Notes: generated by a model not told the origin, from the letters alone. Counted from the first letter of the stretch, positions 36,599 through 44,761 are shown. The stretch is DNA of 49,994 nucleotides from an uncultured Syntrophus sp. (GCA_964552725.1 CAZKHU010000005.1:1-49994); one strand, 5' to 3'. Program-made: numbers and translations.

Positions 36599-36637
36599 TG
36601 GGTGATATGCCCCACCCACAATGGGGCATATCACCCA
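36599..36637. promoter_or_regulatory. Perfect 16-bp-arm palindrome, candidate enhancer (UAS) or operator
   Basis: TGGGTGATATGCCCCA (36599-36614), 7 nt, then TGGGGCATATCACCCA (36622-36637). Its centre is about 150 bp upstream of the sigma54 promoter at 36458-36473. A competing 7-bp stem TGTGGGT/ACCCACA spans 36597-36620. Confidence 0.45.
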
Positions 36638-36685
36638 GATTTGTCAGTTTTGACGCTTCTAAGAAAGGAGTCTATCGATATGCAA

Positions 36686-37708
36686 TCAGCGGGCGGCTTT
36701 ACTCTTCAGATATTGAAAGACGTTTATCCGTTTATTATATTGATCGGCGACGTAGATTTTATCATCCGCGTCGATATACATCCCCGCGGGGAGCCAGAAC
36801 TGCCCCGGCTTGTTGCCCATCTCTCCGAAAAACATCAGCAGTTGCCCCTGCTCGTCAAAGATTTGCACGTTGTTGAAGGCGGAATCGACGACATAGATAT
36901 GGCCGTCGCTATCGACCGCGATCCCCTTGGGACGGGAAAACATCCCCGGCGCGTCGCCTACTTTACCGAATTTGCTAATAAATTTACCGTCGGCGTCGAA
37001 TACCTGCACGCGGAAATTCATCGAGTCGCTGACATAGACCTTGCCGTTTTTACTGACAAAGACATTGGTCGGGTAGTTGAACTGGGCATCCCCGTCGCCG
37101 CGGCTCCCCACCACCGCCACCTGTTTTCCCTCCTTCGAATAGATGAACAACTGGTGTTTGTTGGTGTCCACGATATACACCCTGTCCAGGGCGTCGTTCA
37201 CGGCGATCCCGGTCGGCTGCAGGAAGGCGCCCTTTTCACCGATGACCCGCGCGTACTTTCCGTCTTTGTCAAAGACAACCACCCTATCCTGCTTGGTGTC
37301 GGAGACATACATGTTTCCCGCCGCATCGGCCGCAATCCCGATCGGCTTGGCGAGAAACCCCTTCCCCTCCAGCCCCGCATGAAAGTACTTCTTGTTTTTT
37401 ATGTCAAAAACAACTGCCCGGCCAATGCCCGTATCGGTCACGATTACCCGATCCCTGCCGGCAAAAACACCGTAGGGCTTGCCCAGTCCCATCCCGACGT
37501 CCGATTCTCCGAGGAGCGTGGTCAGCAGTTTCTGGCTGCCTGTTTGCTCCTGCACATCATTGGAGCTTTCATAGGTTCTTAAATACCTGATCCGCGGCTC
37601 ATCCGGGGGAAGCGGCCAGACCAGCTCCACCTCTTTTTTAACCTCCGCCCCCGCGCAGGCAAAAAGAAGGAATGCCAATCCTATCCAGTATAAACGCTTT
37701 CTTCTCAT
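36686..37708 (-). CDS. NHL-repeat six-bladed beta-propeller lipoprotein (paralog 3)
   Basis: MRRKRLYWIGLAFLLFACAGA lipobox and WPLPPDEPRIRY. NHL blades, ending INVFQYL. Confidence 0.85.
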   Translation of the reverse strand: MRRKRLYWIGLAFLLFACAGAEVKKEVELVWPLPPDEPRIRYLRTYESSNDVQEQTGSQKLLTTLLGESDVGMGLGKPYGVFAGRDRVIVTDTGIGRAVVFDIKNKKYFHAGLEGKGFLAKPIGIAADAAGNMYVSDTKQDRVVVFDKDGKYARVIGEKGAFLQPTGIAVNDALDRVYIVDTNKHQLFIYSKEGKQVAVVGSRGDGDAQFNYPTNVFVSKNGKVYVSDSMNFRVQVFDADGKFISKFGKVGDAPGMFSRPKGIAVDSDGHIYVVDSAFNNVQIFDEQGQLLMFFGEMGNKPGQFWLPAGMYIDADDKIYVADQYNKRINVFQYLKSKAAR

Positions 37709-37733
37709 CGAACACCTCGCTATGTCCACACCC

Positions 37734-39122
37734 TCAAATGCCGAATTTCTGCATCCGGTACCTCAGCGTATCCCTTGTTACCTTAAGCAGCCTGGCTGCC
37801 TGTGCCTGATTGCCGTTTGTCATATTGAGCGCTTGCAGAATACATTCCTTTTCCACCCTGGCCAACGCAATTCCCTCTTCCGGGACGGTGACCGCCAAAG
37901 CCGTTACCGTTGCGTTGCCGCTTTGCGCCATTGCATCACTCGCGACAGGTCTTTTTATCTCCAAAGGAAGATGATCCGGCAAAATGGTGTCCGCGTCCAC
38001 GTCGGCAAGGATCATGACCCGCTCAATCACATTTCTCAATTCCCGGACGTTGCCAGGCCAGTGGTATTGCAGGAGCAGTTCCTCCGCCCCTTTTGAAAGG
38101 TAGCGGATATCTCTTTTGAATTCCCTGTTCAGTTGGCCGATGATGTTCATCGCGATGGTCACGATATCCTGTTTTCTTTCGCGGAGCGGCGGGATATAAA
38201 TGGGCAGCACCTTCAAACGGTAAAAGAGATCCTCGCGGAAATTGCCCGCTTCCACCTCCCGTTCGAGTTTGCGATTGGTGGCGGCGATAATGCGGACATC
38301 CAGGCTGATATCCTTGCTGCCGCCGATATGTTTGAAGGTCTTTTCTTCCAGCACCCGCAGCAGTTTCACCTGCGTGGAAGGTTTGACATCGCCGATCTCG
38401 TCCATATACACCGTGCCGCCCTCGGCTGCCTCAAAGAGTCCTTTCTTGGCGCTCTTGGCGTCCGTGAAGGCGCCCTTCTCAAAACCGAACAGCTCGCTTT
38501 CAATCAGGGTCTCCGGCAGCGCCGTGCAGCTTATTTCCAGAAAGGGTCTTGTCGCCCGGCCGCTCTCATAATGGATAATTTTTGCCAGCAGGTCTTTGCC
38601 GACGCCGCTCTCTCCCTGGATCAGCACCGTGGAACAATCCGTCGCGGCGACCTTTTTTGCCAGCGACAAAACCTCCATCATATTGGCGGAACAGGTGGTA
38701 AAGCGCTCAAAGGAATAGTGGCCGCTGCCCGCTATTCTCAGTTCGCGCACCTCTTTTTTAAGACGGGCCGTTTCGAGCGCCCGGTTCGCTATGATCCTCA
38801 CCGATTCAAATTCAAAGGGCTTTTCTATATAATCGTAGGCGCCTGCCTTGATGGCGGAAACGGCGTTTTCCACGCCGCCAAAGGCGGTAATGATGATAAT
38901 GATAACATCCCTGTTGAGCTGTTTGAGCTCTTTGAGAACGTCCAGACCGTTTTTGTCGGGAAGTTTGACATCGAGAAAGACAATCTCGGGATTATTCTCC
39001 TTAAAACAATTGATGCCCTCCCGGGCAGTGCCGGCGGTAAAGACATCAAACCCTTCCTTTTCGAACTCCTTCTTCAAGGACCAGCACATCAAATTTTCAT
39101 CATCCACGACCAGCAATTTCAT
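37734..39122 (-). CDS. Sigma54-dependent response regulator (NtrC-type enhancer-binding protein)
   Basis: REC domain (MKLLVVDDE...FLDVKLPD). AAA+ domain with GESGVGK and ESELFGFEKGAFTDA (a GAFTGA variant). Fis-type HTH at the C-terminus. The ORF-track start at 39191 is an extension. Confidence 0.9.
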   Translation of the reverse strand: MKLLVVDDENLMCWSLKKEFEKEGFDVFTAGTAREGINCFKENNPEIVFLDVKLPDKNGLDVLKELKQLNRDVIIIIITAFGGVENAVSAIKAGAYDYIEKPFEFESVRIIANRALETARLKKEVRELRIAGSGHYSFERFTTCSANMMEVLSLAKKVAATDCSTVLIQGESGVGKDLLAKIIHYESGRATRPFLEISCTALPETLIESELFGFEKGAFTDAKSAKKGLFEAAEGGTVYMDEIGDVKPSTQVKLLRVLEEKTFKHIGGSKDISLDVRIIAATNRKLEREVEAGNFREDLFYRLKVLPIYIPPLRERKQDIVTIAMNIIGQLNREFKRDIRYLSKGAEELLLQYHWPGNVRELRNVIERVMILADVDADTILPDHLPLEIKRPVASDAMAQSGNATVTALAVTVPEEGIALARVEKECILQALNMTNGNQAQAARLLKVTRDTLRYRMQKFGI

Positions 39123-39129
39123 CTGCAGC

Positions 39130-40626
39130 TCACCTTTTTTCGTCAACGGCGGGGAGATAAACCTCGAAGGTCGTACCCTCCCCCACTTCACTTTCCACCT
39201 CTATAAAACCGCCATGCTCCTCAACAATCTGGGCGCTTATCGAAAGCCCCAGTCCGGTGCCGCTTTTCTTGGTTGTAAAAAACGGATCAAAAATCCCGAC
39301 CAGATTCTCCTCGGCAATCCCGCTCCCCGTGTCTTTGATCATGATCTCAACGTATTCTCCGGGACCTTCAACACGCTCTTTGTATGTCATGGCCACGGCG
39401 ATATCGAGAACGCCCTTTTCCTGCATGGCCTCGATGGCGTTGAGACAAATGTTCAAAAACACCTGTCTCAACGCCTTGCCGTCGGCATATACTTTTTTAA
39501 TCCCTTCACCGACGGAAACATTGACTTCGATAGATTTTTGATTGGCAAACTGACTGATTAACAACAGCGTTTCCTGTAGAACTTCGTCAATGGCCGTCAA
39601 CTTTTTCTCGGCGCTCACAGGCTTCGCAAATTCAAGTATTTTTTTTACCGTGCCGTCCAGACGCTTTATCTGATTCACGACTTCCCTAATTACCATCTTG
39701 TGTTCATTTTTTTCTTCAAGGTCGCCTTCGATCACCTGCAGAGCGGCGCTGATGCAGGCGAGGGGATTTTTAATCTCATGAGTGATGCCGGAGGCAATCT
39801 CGCCGATCATGGCCATCTGGGAGGCTCTTTTCATCTGCGCCCGGTGACACGCTTCCACTTCCTTCTGGGATTCGCTTATTCTCCAGGTCATGGAATTAAA
39901 CTTTTCCGCCAGCCTTCCTATGATATCATTGTGTTTTACGGTAACTCGCTTTTTAAAATTTCCATCTTCGACATACTGTATCATTTCCATGATCTCGTCC
40001 AGCGGTTCATGGATCAACTTGATTACGATAAAGGAAAAAACGAGGGAAAAAAGGACAATCGAAAGCAGGGCGAACCATACGTTATCAATAAGAATAGGCC
40101 GAACAAGCGAAGAGACCGCAACCATCGGGATTTTCACCCCAATGACGCCGAGCACGCCCCTGTCGGCAGAATGACACTTCCGACAGGAGGGCATGTTTGT
40201 AATGGGCAAAAATCTCATAAAATACTTCGTTCTGTTTTCTACAATGAAAAAAATCTCCCCGTTGCCATGCTTCGCGTATCCTTCATAATCCGCTTCCCCC
40301 AACCTCCGGCCCACGTCAAATCTTTGGGAAGACGCTATTATTACACCATTCTCCGGCCTGAATATCTGCAACATCCCGATTTTTTTATGTAAGGCGGCAT
40401 TTTCCACAAAATCTTGCACTTCAGCGCATTTGTTCTGGAGCATCAACATGCTTACGCCACTCAGGATGCAGTTGGAGATGTTCATTACCTTCTCTTGCTG
40501 GTACGCACTATTCTCTTTTCTTACCGACTTATACTGATTTACCGTCCCCAGGCCGATGATGATCACGAAGGCCGCAATGGTTATGCCGATTAGCTTCTGG
40601 TTTAAACTGACGTTTAACATTCTCAT
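39130..40626 (-). CDS. Sensor histidine kinase with a periplasmic CXXCH-containing sensor domain and HAMP
   Basis: TM1, a ~130 aa periplasmic domain ending NMPSCRKCHSADRGVLGV, TM2 and HAMP. H-box SGITHEIKNPL and HATPase GTGLGLSIS. Confidence 0.85.
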   Translation of the reverse strand: MRMLNVSLNQKLIGITIAAFVIIIGLGTVNQYKSVRKENSAYQQEKVMNISNCILSGVSMLMLQNKCAEVQDFVENAALHKKIGMLQIFRPENGVIIASSQRFDVGRRLGEADYEGYAKHGNGEIFFIVENRTKYFMRFLPITNMPSCRKCHSADRGVLGVIGVKIPMVAVSSLVRPILIDNVWFALLSIVLFSLVFSFIVIKLIHEPLDEIMEMIQYVEDGNFKKRVTVKHNDIIGRLAEKFNSMTWRISESQKEVEACHRAQMKRASQMAMIGEIASGITHEIKNPLACISAALQVIEGDLEEKNEHKMVIREVVNQIKRLDGTVKKILEFAKPVSAEKKLTAIDEVLQETLLLISQFANQKSIEVNVSVGEGIKKVYADGKALRQVFLNICLNAIEAMQEKGVLDIAVAMTYKERVEGPGEYVEIMIKDTGSGIAEENLVGIFDPFFTTKKSGTGLGLSISAQIVEEHGGFIEVESEVGEGTTFEVYLPAVDEKR

Positions 40627-41645
40627 TTTTTATGACAAGCCTGACAAATTCCCATTTTTCCTCCCGGGGCTTCAAAGGCAAAGAGTTCCCTGTTGTTGGC
40701 GGCATGAGGCGAGTGACAGGAGGCGCAGGAAAAGGCCCTGTCCGGCTGCATCGGGTTTTTCCCCCCCGATAGGGGATGGGTGTTGCCAAACACATAACTG
40801 GCAATGACATGCTTCCCGGTAGCCTTCTCTTCGTGACAACCTATGCACAGGGCATTGGTTTTTTTCCGCAGGAAAAATTTCTCGGCGGAGGAATGAGGAT
40901 CATGGCATATCGCACAGTCGCCGGTTGCGGTGGGACCGTGGGTATATTTCTTGTCCTGCCACGGCTTCATCGCCTCTTCGTGGCAGGTGAAACATAGTTT
41001 TTTCAATGGCTTGGCAGTACCGTATTTGTTCGCGCCCGAAGCGGCATGGCAACTGACACAGTCGCCTACCGCCGCCGGCCCATGCTTGAACTTTTCCGCA
41101 ACGATCTGGGGATGGCAGCCAAGACAGGGGGAATCGGCAGGAAGCGTCATTTTTTTTACCGGCAGCATCAGCCCTTTGTGGCAATCGACACACAGTGCCT
41201 CCCCAAAAGTCGTATGGAAGGAAACGGCCCGATAAGCGGGAGGAGCAACACTTTTATCGCGGGAAGACTTCGCCGCGTAAAACAACTTCAAACTTTCCCT
41301 TACAACCTCTTTCCCCTGTCGGCAACCATTGACGGTCACGATGTTTTCACCTTCATCGAGGGTCAGGATAGCGCAAATGCTTATCATGCCGTCGGGCCGC
41401 CTATTTCGTTCCCTGTCGGCAACCGGCAAAACGCTGGGGGTTTTTTTGTTGACGCCGGCGGAAACAGTGTCAATCTTCCGGGGATCGACAGCGACGACTA
41501 ATGTTGCACTGCCGCCGGACAAAGAGGTCATATTGCCGGGCAGCACAATCCGCATGCCGCCTTCGTCAGCCGCCAGGGCAAACGCCTGCCAGCCGAACAA
41601 AACAGATGCCGCCAGCAGCCAGATCCTTTGCCATTTTTTTCTCAT
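40623..41645 (-). CDS. Secreted octahaem c-type cytochrome with a ~130 aa non-haem N-terminal domain
   Basis: Signal peptide plus 8 CXXCH sites (CVDCH, CLGCH, CVSCH, CFTCH, CAICH, CIGCH, CASCH, CQACH). ATGA overlap with the kinase gene. Confidence 0.85.
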   Translation of the reverse strand: MRKKWQRIWLLAASVLFGWQAFALAADEGGMRIVLPGNMTSLSGGSATLVVAVDPRKIDTVSAGVNKKTPSVLPVADRERNRRPDGMISICAILTLDEGENIVTVNGCRQGKEVVRESLKLFYAAKSSRDKSVAPPAYRAVSFHTTFGEALCVDCHKGLMLPVKKMTLPADSPCLGCHPQIVAEKFKHGPAAVGDCVSCHAASGANKYGTAKPLKKLCFTCHEEAMKPWQDKKYTHGPTATGDCAICHDPHSSAEKFFLRKKTNALCIGCHEEKATGKHVIASYVFGNTHPLSGGKNPMQPDRAFSCASCHSPHAANNRELFAFEAPGGKMGICQACHKK

Positions 41646-42856
41646 TTGCCGCCGGTCTTTAAGATTTCCTCCAAGGCCTGCTTATAGTAACCGTTGGCCC
41701 TGGCATATTCGCCCTTCTCCGCAAAAAATTTGCCGATCTTGTTCATGATCTCCGGCGACTTGTTGCTCAGGGAAGCGGCATGGGCAAAAGAGGCTTCCGC
41801 CTCCTCCCGCAAACCCTTACCATAGGAAATAAAGCCGGAATAGACATAGGCGTCCGGGGTTTCTTCCCTGGTCAGGCTTTCAGCAAACATCTTCATGGCT
41901 TTGTCTGCATCCTTGTCATGATAATACAGCTTTCCCCTGCTCATCTTCACGGCCGGATCATCCAATATGGCTGCATCGATCTTTGCCGGCAATGCCCTTG
42001 CCTCATCGATCCGCTTCAAACTCAAATACAATTCCATCAGCCGGACGATAGGTTTGACATATTTGGGATCGGCTTTCAAGGCTTTTTCGTAAAGATCGAC
42101 AGCCCTGTCATAATCCTTTTTCTTTTCAAACTTGCGCCCCATCTGATAGGACAACATTGCCAGCTTGACGGGCCGGTAAACCTCCTGCTCCACCAATCGT
42201 TTATCACCCAGAAAGTATCCGACCTCTTCAAAAAAAAGTTGGGAACCGACAAGGGGAAAGCCGGACATCTCCCGGCTGATCACCAGGTTGTTATCAAGCA
42301 AGATCAAGGTGGGCAGGGCAATAACTCCCAGTTTGTCAAACAGCGTCAAACCGAAATCTACAAACATGGGGAAGGTAAGTCCTTCGGAAGCCGCCTTTAT
42401 TTTCTTGAGATCCTCCTCGGTGATATTCTGTTCCTCCACGTTAACAGCCACTATTTCCAGACCCTGCTGCTTCCACTTGGCGTAATTCGTCTCCAGCAGT
42501 CTTAGGGCCCTCTGGGAATTTTTCGTCGAGGTCTGCCAGAAAATCAACAACGTCCCCTTTTTACCCGCAAGCTCCGTCAAAGAGAAACTCTTACCCGCCG
42601 CATTGCTGACGGAAAAAGGGGGAATTGCCTCTCCCGTTTGCAAATCCCGCAGCGCGGAGACGCATTCAGGGGAAAAGACGATAAAAGAAAATACAGCCAA
42701 GAATAAGGCTCTTGCAAAAGTCTTCAAGAGAGATTGCTTCGTTGTTCCTCCTCGCAATGACAATCGTTCCGAGTAGTTGGTCATTGCGAGCGAAGCGCGG
42801 CAGTCCCGGTTTTGTGACTTTTGCAATTGCCTCAAGAGTAACAACAATTTTTTCAT
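41642..42856 (-). CDS. Thioredoxin-fold (TlpA/ResA-like, active-site Cys absent) plus TPR protein
   Basis: Redoxin-like block GKKGTLLIFWQTSTKNS..., followed by several TPR-like repeats. The ATG at 42856 overlaps the upstream stop (ATGA), but codons 15-43 translate a REP element. An alternative TTG start at 42727 gives MKTFARALFLAVFSFIVFSPECVSA. Confidence 0.6.
   Translation of the reverse strand: MKKLLLLLRQLQKSQNRDCRASLAMTNYSERLSLRGGTTKQSLLKTFARALFLAVFSFIVFSPECVSALRDLQTGEAIPPFSVSNAAGKSFSLTELAGKKGTLLIFWQTSTKNSQRALRLLETNYAKWKQQGLEIVAVNVEEQNITEEDLKKIKAASEGLTFPMFVDFGLTLFDKLGVIALPTLILLDNNLVISREMSGFPLVGSQLFFEEVGYFLGDKRLVEQEVYRPVKLAMLSYQMGRKFEKKKDYDRAVDLYEKALKADPKYVKPIVRLMELYLSLKRIDEARALPAKIDAAILDDPAVKMSRGKLYYHDKDADKAMKMFAESLTREETPDAYVYSGFISYGKGLREEAEASFAHAASLSNKSPEIMNKIGKFFAEKGEYARANGYYKQALEEILKTGGK
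42729..42807. repeat. REP-like element of the same family as 35624-35685
   Basis: GAGATTGCTTCG...CTCGCAATGAC (42729-42761) and GTCATTGCGAGCGAAGCGCGGCAGTCCC (42780-42807) match the two halves of the 35.6 kb copy. Confidence 0.6.
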
Positions 42857-43335
42857 CTCTTTGAAAAATACCTTTCCAACCCCTGTTCAAAAGCGCCCGA
42901 AGCGCCCCGCACATCGCCCGCCGCTTCCAATATCAGCCCCTTTTCATAATGGAGCCGCACCGGATGAGGACTTGTCCTCAAGGAGTCATTTAACAATTGT
43001 ACCGCCTTTTCCGTCTCTTTTCCGGCCGCCAGCGTCTTGGCCATCCCTATCTTGCCTTCAATGCCGCCGGGGTTGATTTCCATCGCTCGCCGGAAATGGA
43101 TTTCCGCCTGGCCCAAATCGCCACGCAGGAGGCTTGCCTCGCCATGGGCAAGCGAGGCAAGAAATTTGTTGCCTGCCTCGCTGAACCTGCCCGCCTCTTT
43201 TTCAACCTCCGCCACATTTTTGGCCTTGATAAGCAGTCTCACGGAAAGGGGCAGGGTATCCTCCGCCGACGCAAAACCGTATCCGGAGGCGATCATACAG
43301 AAAAAAATCAACAGCAGCGCTACTTTTATTTTCAT
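42853..43335 (-). CDS. Secreted TPR-repeat protein
   Basis: Signal peptide MKIKVALLLIFFCMIASGYGFASA followed by TPR-like helical repeats. 160 aa. Confidence 0.6.
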   Translation of the reverse strand: MKIKVALLLIFFCMIASGYGFASAEDTLPLSVRLLIKAKNVAEVEKEAGRFSEAGNKFLASLAHGEASLLRGDLGQAEIHFRRAMEINPGGIEGKIGMAKTLAAGKETEKAVQLLNDSLRTSPHPVRLHYEKGLILEAAGDVRGASGAFEQGLERYFSKR

Positions 43336-44666
43336 CGGTACTTCACCGCCTTCACGCGGTTATAGGGGTATTCGGCATGGCATCCCGGCTGACAGGTGCC
43401 GCCGTCCGGCATCTTTTTAAAGTTGATCGGGATCTTCCATCCGCCAAACGGGACCGCGTCGCGGACATGGTGAGGGTTGTTGTTGGCATGCGCTTCATGG
43501 CAGGCGCGGCAGGTTCTTCCCTTATCCGCCTTGTTGACATGGACGAAATGCAGATTTCTGTCGCCATTGCGAAAGCCGGTGAGGGTCGTCGTCTTGCTGT
43601 CCTGCACCAATGTCTGCTGATGGCATGTAAAGCAGAGCTCATAATTCGCCACGTTGAAAGGGGCATAAAACAGCGGCGGGAAATTGCTTCTCAGGATTCT
43701 GAAATAATCGGAGCCGTGGGTGTCATGGCAGGAGGAGCAGTCCTTTTCCAAGATGGGCCCGTGCTTGAATTTTCCCTCTTCGGCAATCTGTTTGATGTTG
43801 GCCACGGCCTTCTTTCCGCTCCCGTATGTTTTATCGTGACACTTAAAACAGGCGTTCATCGGTTCATCGCCGAGCAGCCTGGGGAAGTTGGTGGCGTGCG
43901 CATTGTGACACGCCAGACAGCCTTTTTGCAAACCGAGGGCCTTATGGGGAACCTTGCGCTTGGCAATCGACTCCTTCATTCCCTTGTGGCAATCAAAACA
44001 AAGCGCCGAAGCTGCGTCGTTTTTCAACTGGGGGCTATGATCCGAGGAATGCACCGTATGGCAAGCCACGCAATTCTCTTTAACCGGCTTGTGGACAACC
44101 TTCTTTTTCCCGAAATCATCCTTCTTGTCCACATGGCAGGAATAGCAGACATCGCCCATCTGCGCCTGCAGAAGGCGTGGAAAATCAGACTGATGAACAC
44201 TGTGGCAGGCAGTGCAGTCGCCGACGGCCACCGGCCCGTGGAGAAATTTTCCGGCAACGAGCTTCCGGGAATGACAGGTAAAACAAAGATCGACTCCCGC
44301 GCTCCGGAGCATGAACTTGTTCGGCGCCTGGTGAGGGCTGTGGCACAAGGTGCAATTGCCGTCTTTCACCGGTTTGTGCACGGCCTTCTTTGTGTCAACC
44401 GGATCGTGGCAACTGTAACAGAGCGCTCCGACATTCTTGATGGGGAGGAACTTGTGTTTCCCCGTTTCCTTGTGACATACCAGGCAGTCGTTGACGGCCA
44501 CGGGGCCATGAACAAACTTGTCCTTCCCCATCTTTGCGTGGCAACTCGCTGTAACACAGGATGTCTTCGCGGGGGCCTGCGCCCAGGCGCTGCCATTGGC
44601 AAAAAGAAAAAAAATCAGCCAACCAATCAAACTTGACAAAATACCTATCCGGCGGGTCATTCTCAT
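43332..44666 (-). CDS. Periplasmic multihaem c-type cytochrome (13 CXXCH plus CX4CH and CX3CH), c3/c7-repeat type
   Basis: Signal peptide ...GSAWA. Repeating units read (K)F.HGPVAV.DC..CH / C..CH... . It is the first gene after the sigma54 promoter at 44746. Confidence 0.9.
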   Translation of the reverse strand: MRMTRRIGILSSLIGWLIFFLFANGSAWAQAPAKTSCVTASCHAKMGKDKFVHGPVAVNDCLVCHKETGKHKFLPIKNVGALCYSCHDPVDTKKAVHKPVKDGNCTLCHSPHQAPNKFMLRSAGVDLCFTCHSRKLVAGKFLHGPVAVGDCTACHSVHQSDFPRLLQAQMGDVCYSCHVDKKDDFGKKKVVHKPVKENCVACHTVHSSDHSPQLKNDAASALCFDCHKGMKESIAKRKVPHKALGLQKGCLACHNAHATNFPRLLGDEPMNACFKCHDKTYGSGKKAVANIKQIAEEGKFKHGPILEKDCSSCHDTHGSDYFRILRSNFPPLFYAPFNVANYELCFTCHQQTLVQDSKTTTLTGFRNGDRNLHFVHVNKADKGRTCRACHEAHANNNPHHVRDAVPFGGWKIPINFKKMPDGGTCQPGCHAEYPYNRVKAVKYR

Positions 44667-44745
44667 GATACATTCCTTTCTTCCACGGTCAATTTTCAGT
44701 CCAGGACAACACCATGCTCAGCTTAATTTTTTCAGCTTTTCTACA

Positions 44746-44761
44746 TGCAAATATTCTGCCA
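44746..44761 (-). promoter_or_regulatory. Sigma54 (-24/-12) promoter candidate for the cytochrome operon
   Basis: Minus strand TGGCAGAATATTTGCA, with 12 of 12 core positions except two flanking ones. It lies about 80 nt upstream of the ATG at 44666. Confidence 0.6.

Noticed and set aside
44538-44558. CX4CH (C37-VTAS-C42-H) and the C-terminal CX3CH (CQPGCH) in the 444 aa cytochrome as novel haem motifs
   Set aside because: CX3CH and CX4CH spacings are well known in cytochrome c3-type and other multihaem proteins, so they are not unusual by themselves.
44688-44703. Sigma54-like TGGACTGAAAATTGAC 25 nt upstream of the 13-haem cytochrome start
   Set aside because: The -12 element is GA rather than the near-invariant GC. 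It is too close to the start codon, and a much better site exists at 44746-44761.
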